Shown here one piece after another: positions 61,721 to 64,000 of a stretch of 64,000 nucleotides of DNA. The DNA is taken from positions 8,806,001 to 8,870,000 of the forward strand of contig CM075992.1 in the NCBI GenBank assembly GCA_038087875.1. The letters run 5' to 3'. Positions within the stretch are counted from its first letter, which is position 1, and every line of letters starts with the position of its first letter. Made by a program: the position numbers and the translations under genes. The notes beneath the pieces are model-generated. The model was not told the DNA's origin. It made no database searches and saw nothing but the letters and a program-made list of their open reading frames with translations. The stretch comes from Malacoraja senta (Eukaryota).

Positions 61721-62445
61721 AGCCCACCACCATTGTATGCCAGAGTTAACCCTCTTCATGCAACTCCTCCATCCTGGTCCATCCAACAGGATTTACATGT
61801 CTTATCCTTATTCTATTACTCCCTCTTCCTATCCCCACTGTTTCCAGAAACGATATTTTGATTGATTAATTTCAATATACCTCGTTGAAACAGGCCCTTC
61901 AGCCCATCAAATCCACGCCGACCATTGATCATCCATCCACCTATGCTATATGTTATCCCACTTTCTCATCCACTCCATGCACACTAGGGACAATTTTACA
62001 GAAGCCAATTAACCTGCAAATCTACACATCTTTGGGACGTAGGATAAACTGGAGCACCCGGAGGGAACCCACAAGAGTCAAAGATAGAACTTCCCTGGTC
62101 CACATCCATATAGTACACCTCAAGTACTATGCATTCAACTTGCACATTAAAGTGTTCAAGTAGTTTCATTCCTAGCTTATGCCATCACAAACAGCTCATA
62201 CAGTCCTCATTCCACTCATTCAGACCCTCCACCCCCTTCCCAAGGTGGTTCGTGAGCATATTCGTGGAAGGTCGTAGGAGTTCGTAGATCACCAAAATCT
62301 TGAATTTTTTTTTAGGTCCTTTAAACTCAGCAGAGGTTTTGGATTAAGTCGTGAAAGTGGGACAGGCCCTTTAGAGATCGCAGCCCAGAATGTTGAGTCC
62401 TTAATGGATATGACAAAGGTAGAAAGCTGTCCCAGCTCACATTAC

Positions 62446-62594
62446 CTCATAACTTCAGCATAGCTCATGGCTTCATCGATGCCTGGGAACGCACTCATTG
62501 CCTCCTGCATCATCTTCTTGCCCATGCTCAACATATTATCTTCTTCGAAAAATTCATCGGGTAGTTCAGCTACACCAAGGCTTGGATCAATTTC
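62446..62594 (-). CDS. GET3: GET3/ASNA1 (TRC40) ATPase, internal coding exon (human exon 3 equivalent)
   Basis: AG|...|GT exon of 149 nt encoding [49 protein letters not shown](R), essentially identical to vertebrate ASNA1. Upstream exons (P-loop) are outside the window. Confidence 0.97.
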
Positions 62595-63291
62595 CTGCTC
62601 AACAAACAGGAAAACAATTAAGTGTTAAGTTTAATTTCATCTAGGTAACCAAATTTGCACAGAAAAAGAAATGTCCAAATATGATATCTTCAAATAGTAA
62701 TCAATCCTATTTTCTTCAATAGAAAAAAGGATTTCCCAGATTTGACCCTGAATTACTGAATGAATCAATATCTGATGAAGAGGAGTACTGAAGGAGTACG
62801 TATAGAAGAGGAGATTGCATTTGGTAATGTCGATATTCTCAGCTAGAGCTAATGCAGTCATGTCCGGTGCCTCCTTTAATTCAGACAAAATCATGAGCAC
62901 ACTCGAAACCCCTCCCCAGAAGTCCCGAAAATGTGGCGTCAGGCCGGGTAAGGCTGCCAATCCCGTCCTCGATCGGGACTTCCATGCCGATTGACTAGTC
63001 GAATTTGCCCCCTGCAGCTGCTCCTTTTCCTGTGCCCCACTCTCTGGTGTGCACCCATTTCTCCCACACTCCCTTCCACCTATATCCTTCCCTTTAGATG
63101 TCACTGTTTGCCTCAGACACCCTTGTGTCTCCTTTTCAGCCCTGGCCGTTGTACACCCATCCGCAAACCAAATCGCCACCTATCACTTACCAGGGTTTGT
63201 CCCACCCCACTGCTTTCTCCCACCTACTGCAATCAATCTGAAAATGGATCTCAACCTGAAACATCACCTATCCATGTCATAATGTCATGTG

Positions 63292-63848
63292 ATAGTAGAA
63301 TTGGGCCATTCGGCCCATCAAGTCTACTCTGCCATTCAATCATGGCTGATCTATCTCTCCTTCCTAACTCCATTCTCCTGCCTTCTCCCCATAACCCCTG
63401 ACACCCACACTAATCAAGAATCTATCTATCTCTGCCATAAAAATATGCATTGACAGCCTCTACAGCCGTCTGCGACAAAGAATTCCACAGATTAACCACC
63501 CTCCATAGATGTTGCCCGACCCCCTGAGTTACTCCAGTACCGTGTTTTTTTGCATATTGGGTGCAGTACTGGTCACTGCATTATAGGAAGGATGCAGAAC
63601 CTGTAGAGGTGCAGAAGAGATTTACCAGGATGCTGTCCGGATTGGAGTGTATTAGCTATAAGGGGAGGCTAAACAAACTTGGATTGTTTTTGCAGGCGTG
63701 TCAGAGACTGCGGGACAATCTGATAAAGTATATAATATTACGAGAGACACAGATTTTGCCCCTCTCCCATCGGGCAAAAGGTATAGAATTGTGAAAACGC
63801 CCACCTCTAGATCCAGGGACAGTTTCTTCCCAGCTGTTATCAGGCAAC
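63292..63848 (+). repeat. Copy 2 of the ~550-bp inverted duplication, in a GET3 intron
   Basis: Reverse complement of 43785-44335. This copy continues into a longer Rex1-like 3' UTR to the window end. Confidence 0.9.
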
Positions 63849-64000
63849 AGAATCATCCTACCACAACCAGAGAGCAGACTGAATTACTATCTACCTTATT
63901 GGTAACCCTTGGACTATTTTTGATTGTACTAAACTAGCTTTACCTTGCACTAAATGTTATTCCCTTAACATGTATCTATGCACTGTAAATGGCTCGATTG

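Noticed and set aside
54639..62594. Bacterial ArsA arsenite pump or horizontal transfer
   Set aside because: Spliced gene with near-identity to vertebrate GET3/ASNA1 and conserved intron positions.
62637..63401. 180-aa and 136-aa ORFs in the GET3 intron
   Set aside because: Composed of decayed repeat and low-complexity sequence; no recognisable protein features.

Overview
Vertebrate genomic DNA, very probably a cartilaginous fish (skate/ray-like). This is inferred from HE1-type V-SINEs and HER1/CR1-type LINE 3' ends. Two spliced genes lie on the minus strand. The first is the 3' five exons of GET3/ASNA1 (62594->54639; its 5' exons lie beyond the window). Downstream is a bestrophin with BEST2 signature residues (8 coding exons visible, 21617->3015), the same order as the human GET3-BEST2 pair. 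As assembled, BEST2 has two anomalies: no first coding exon is visible (there are two 200-N gaps), and the KRFP exon is 232 nt rather than the frame-preserving 234 nt. The rest is dense interspersed repeat: V-SINEs, CR1, Rex1/Babar-, L2- and Tx1-like fragments, several MITEs, and mini/microsatellites. Most notable are dozens of short Penelope-derived pieces carrying a minimal hammerhead-ribozyme-like motif (CTGANGA-stem II-GAAACGTC), many folded back as long palindromes. A ~550-bp composite segment is also duplicated in inverted orientation on either side of the GET3 3' exons. Exon boundaries were read to the base; repeat boundaries are approximate.
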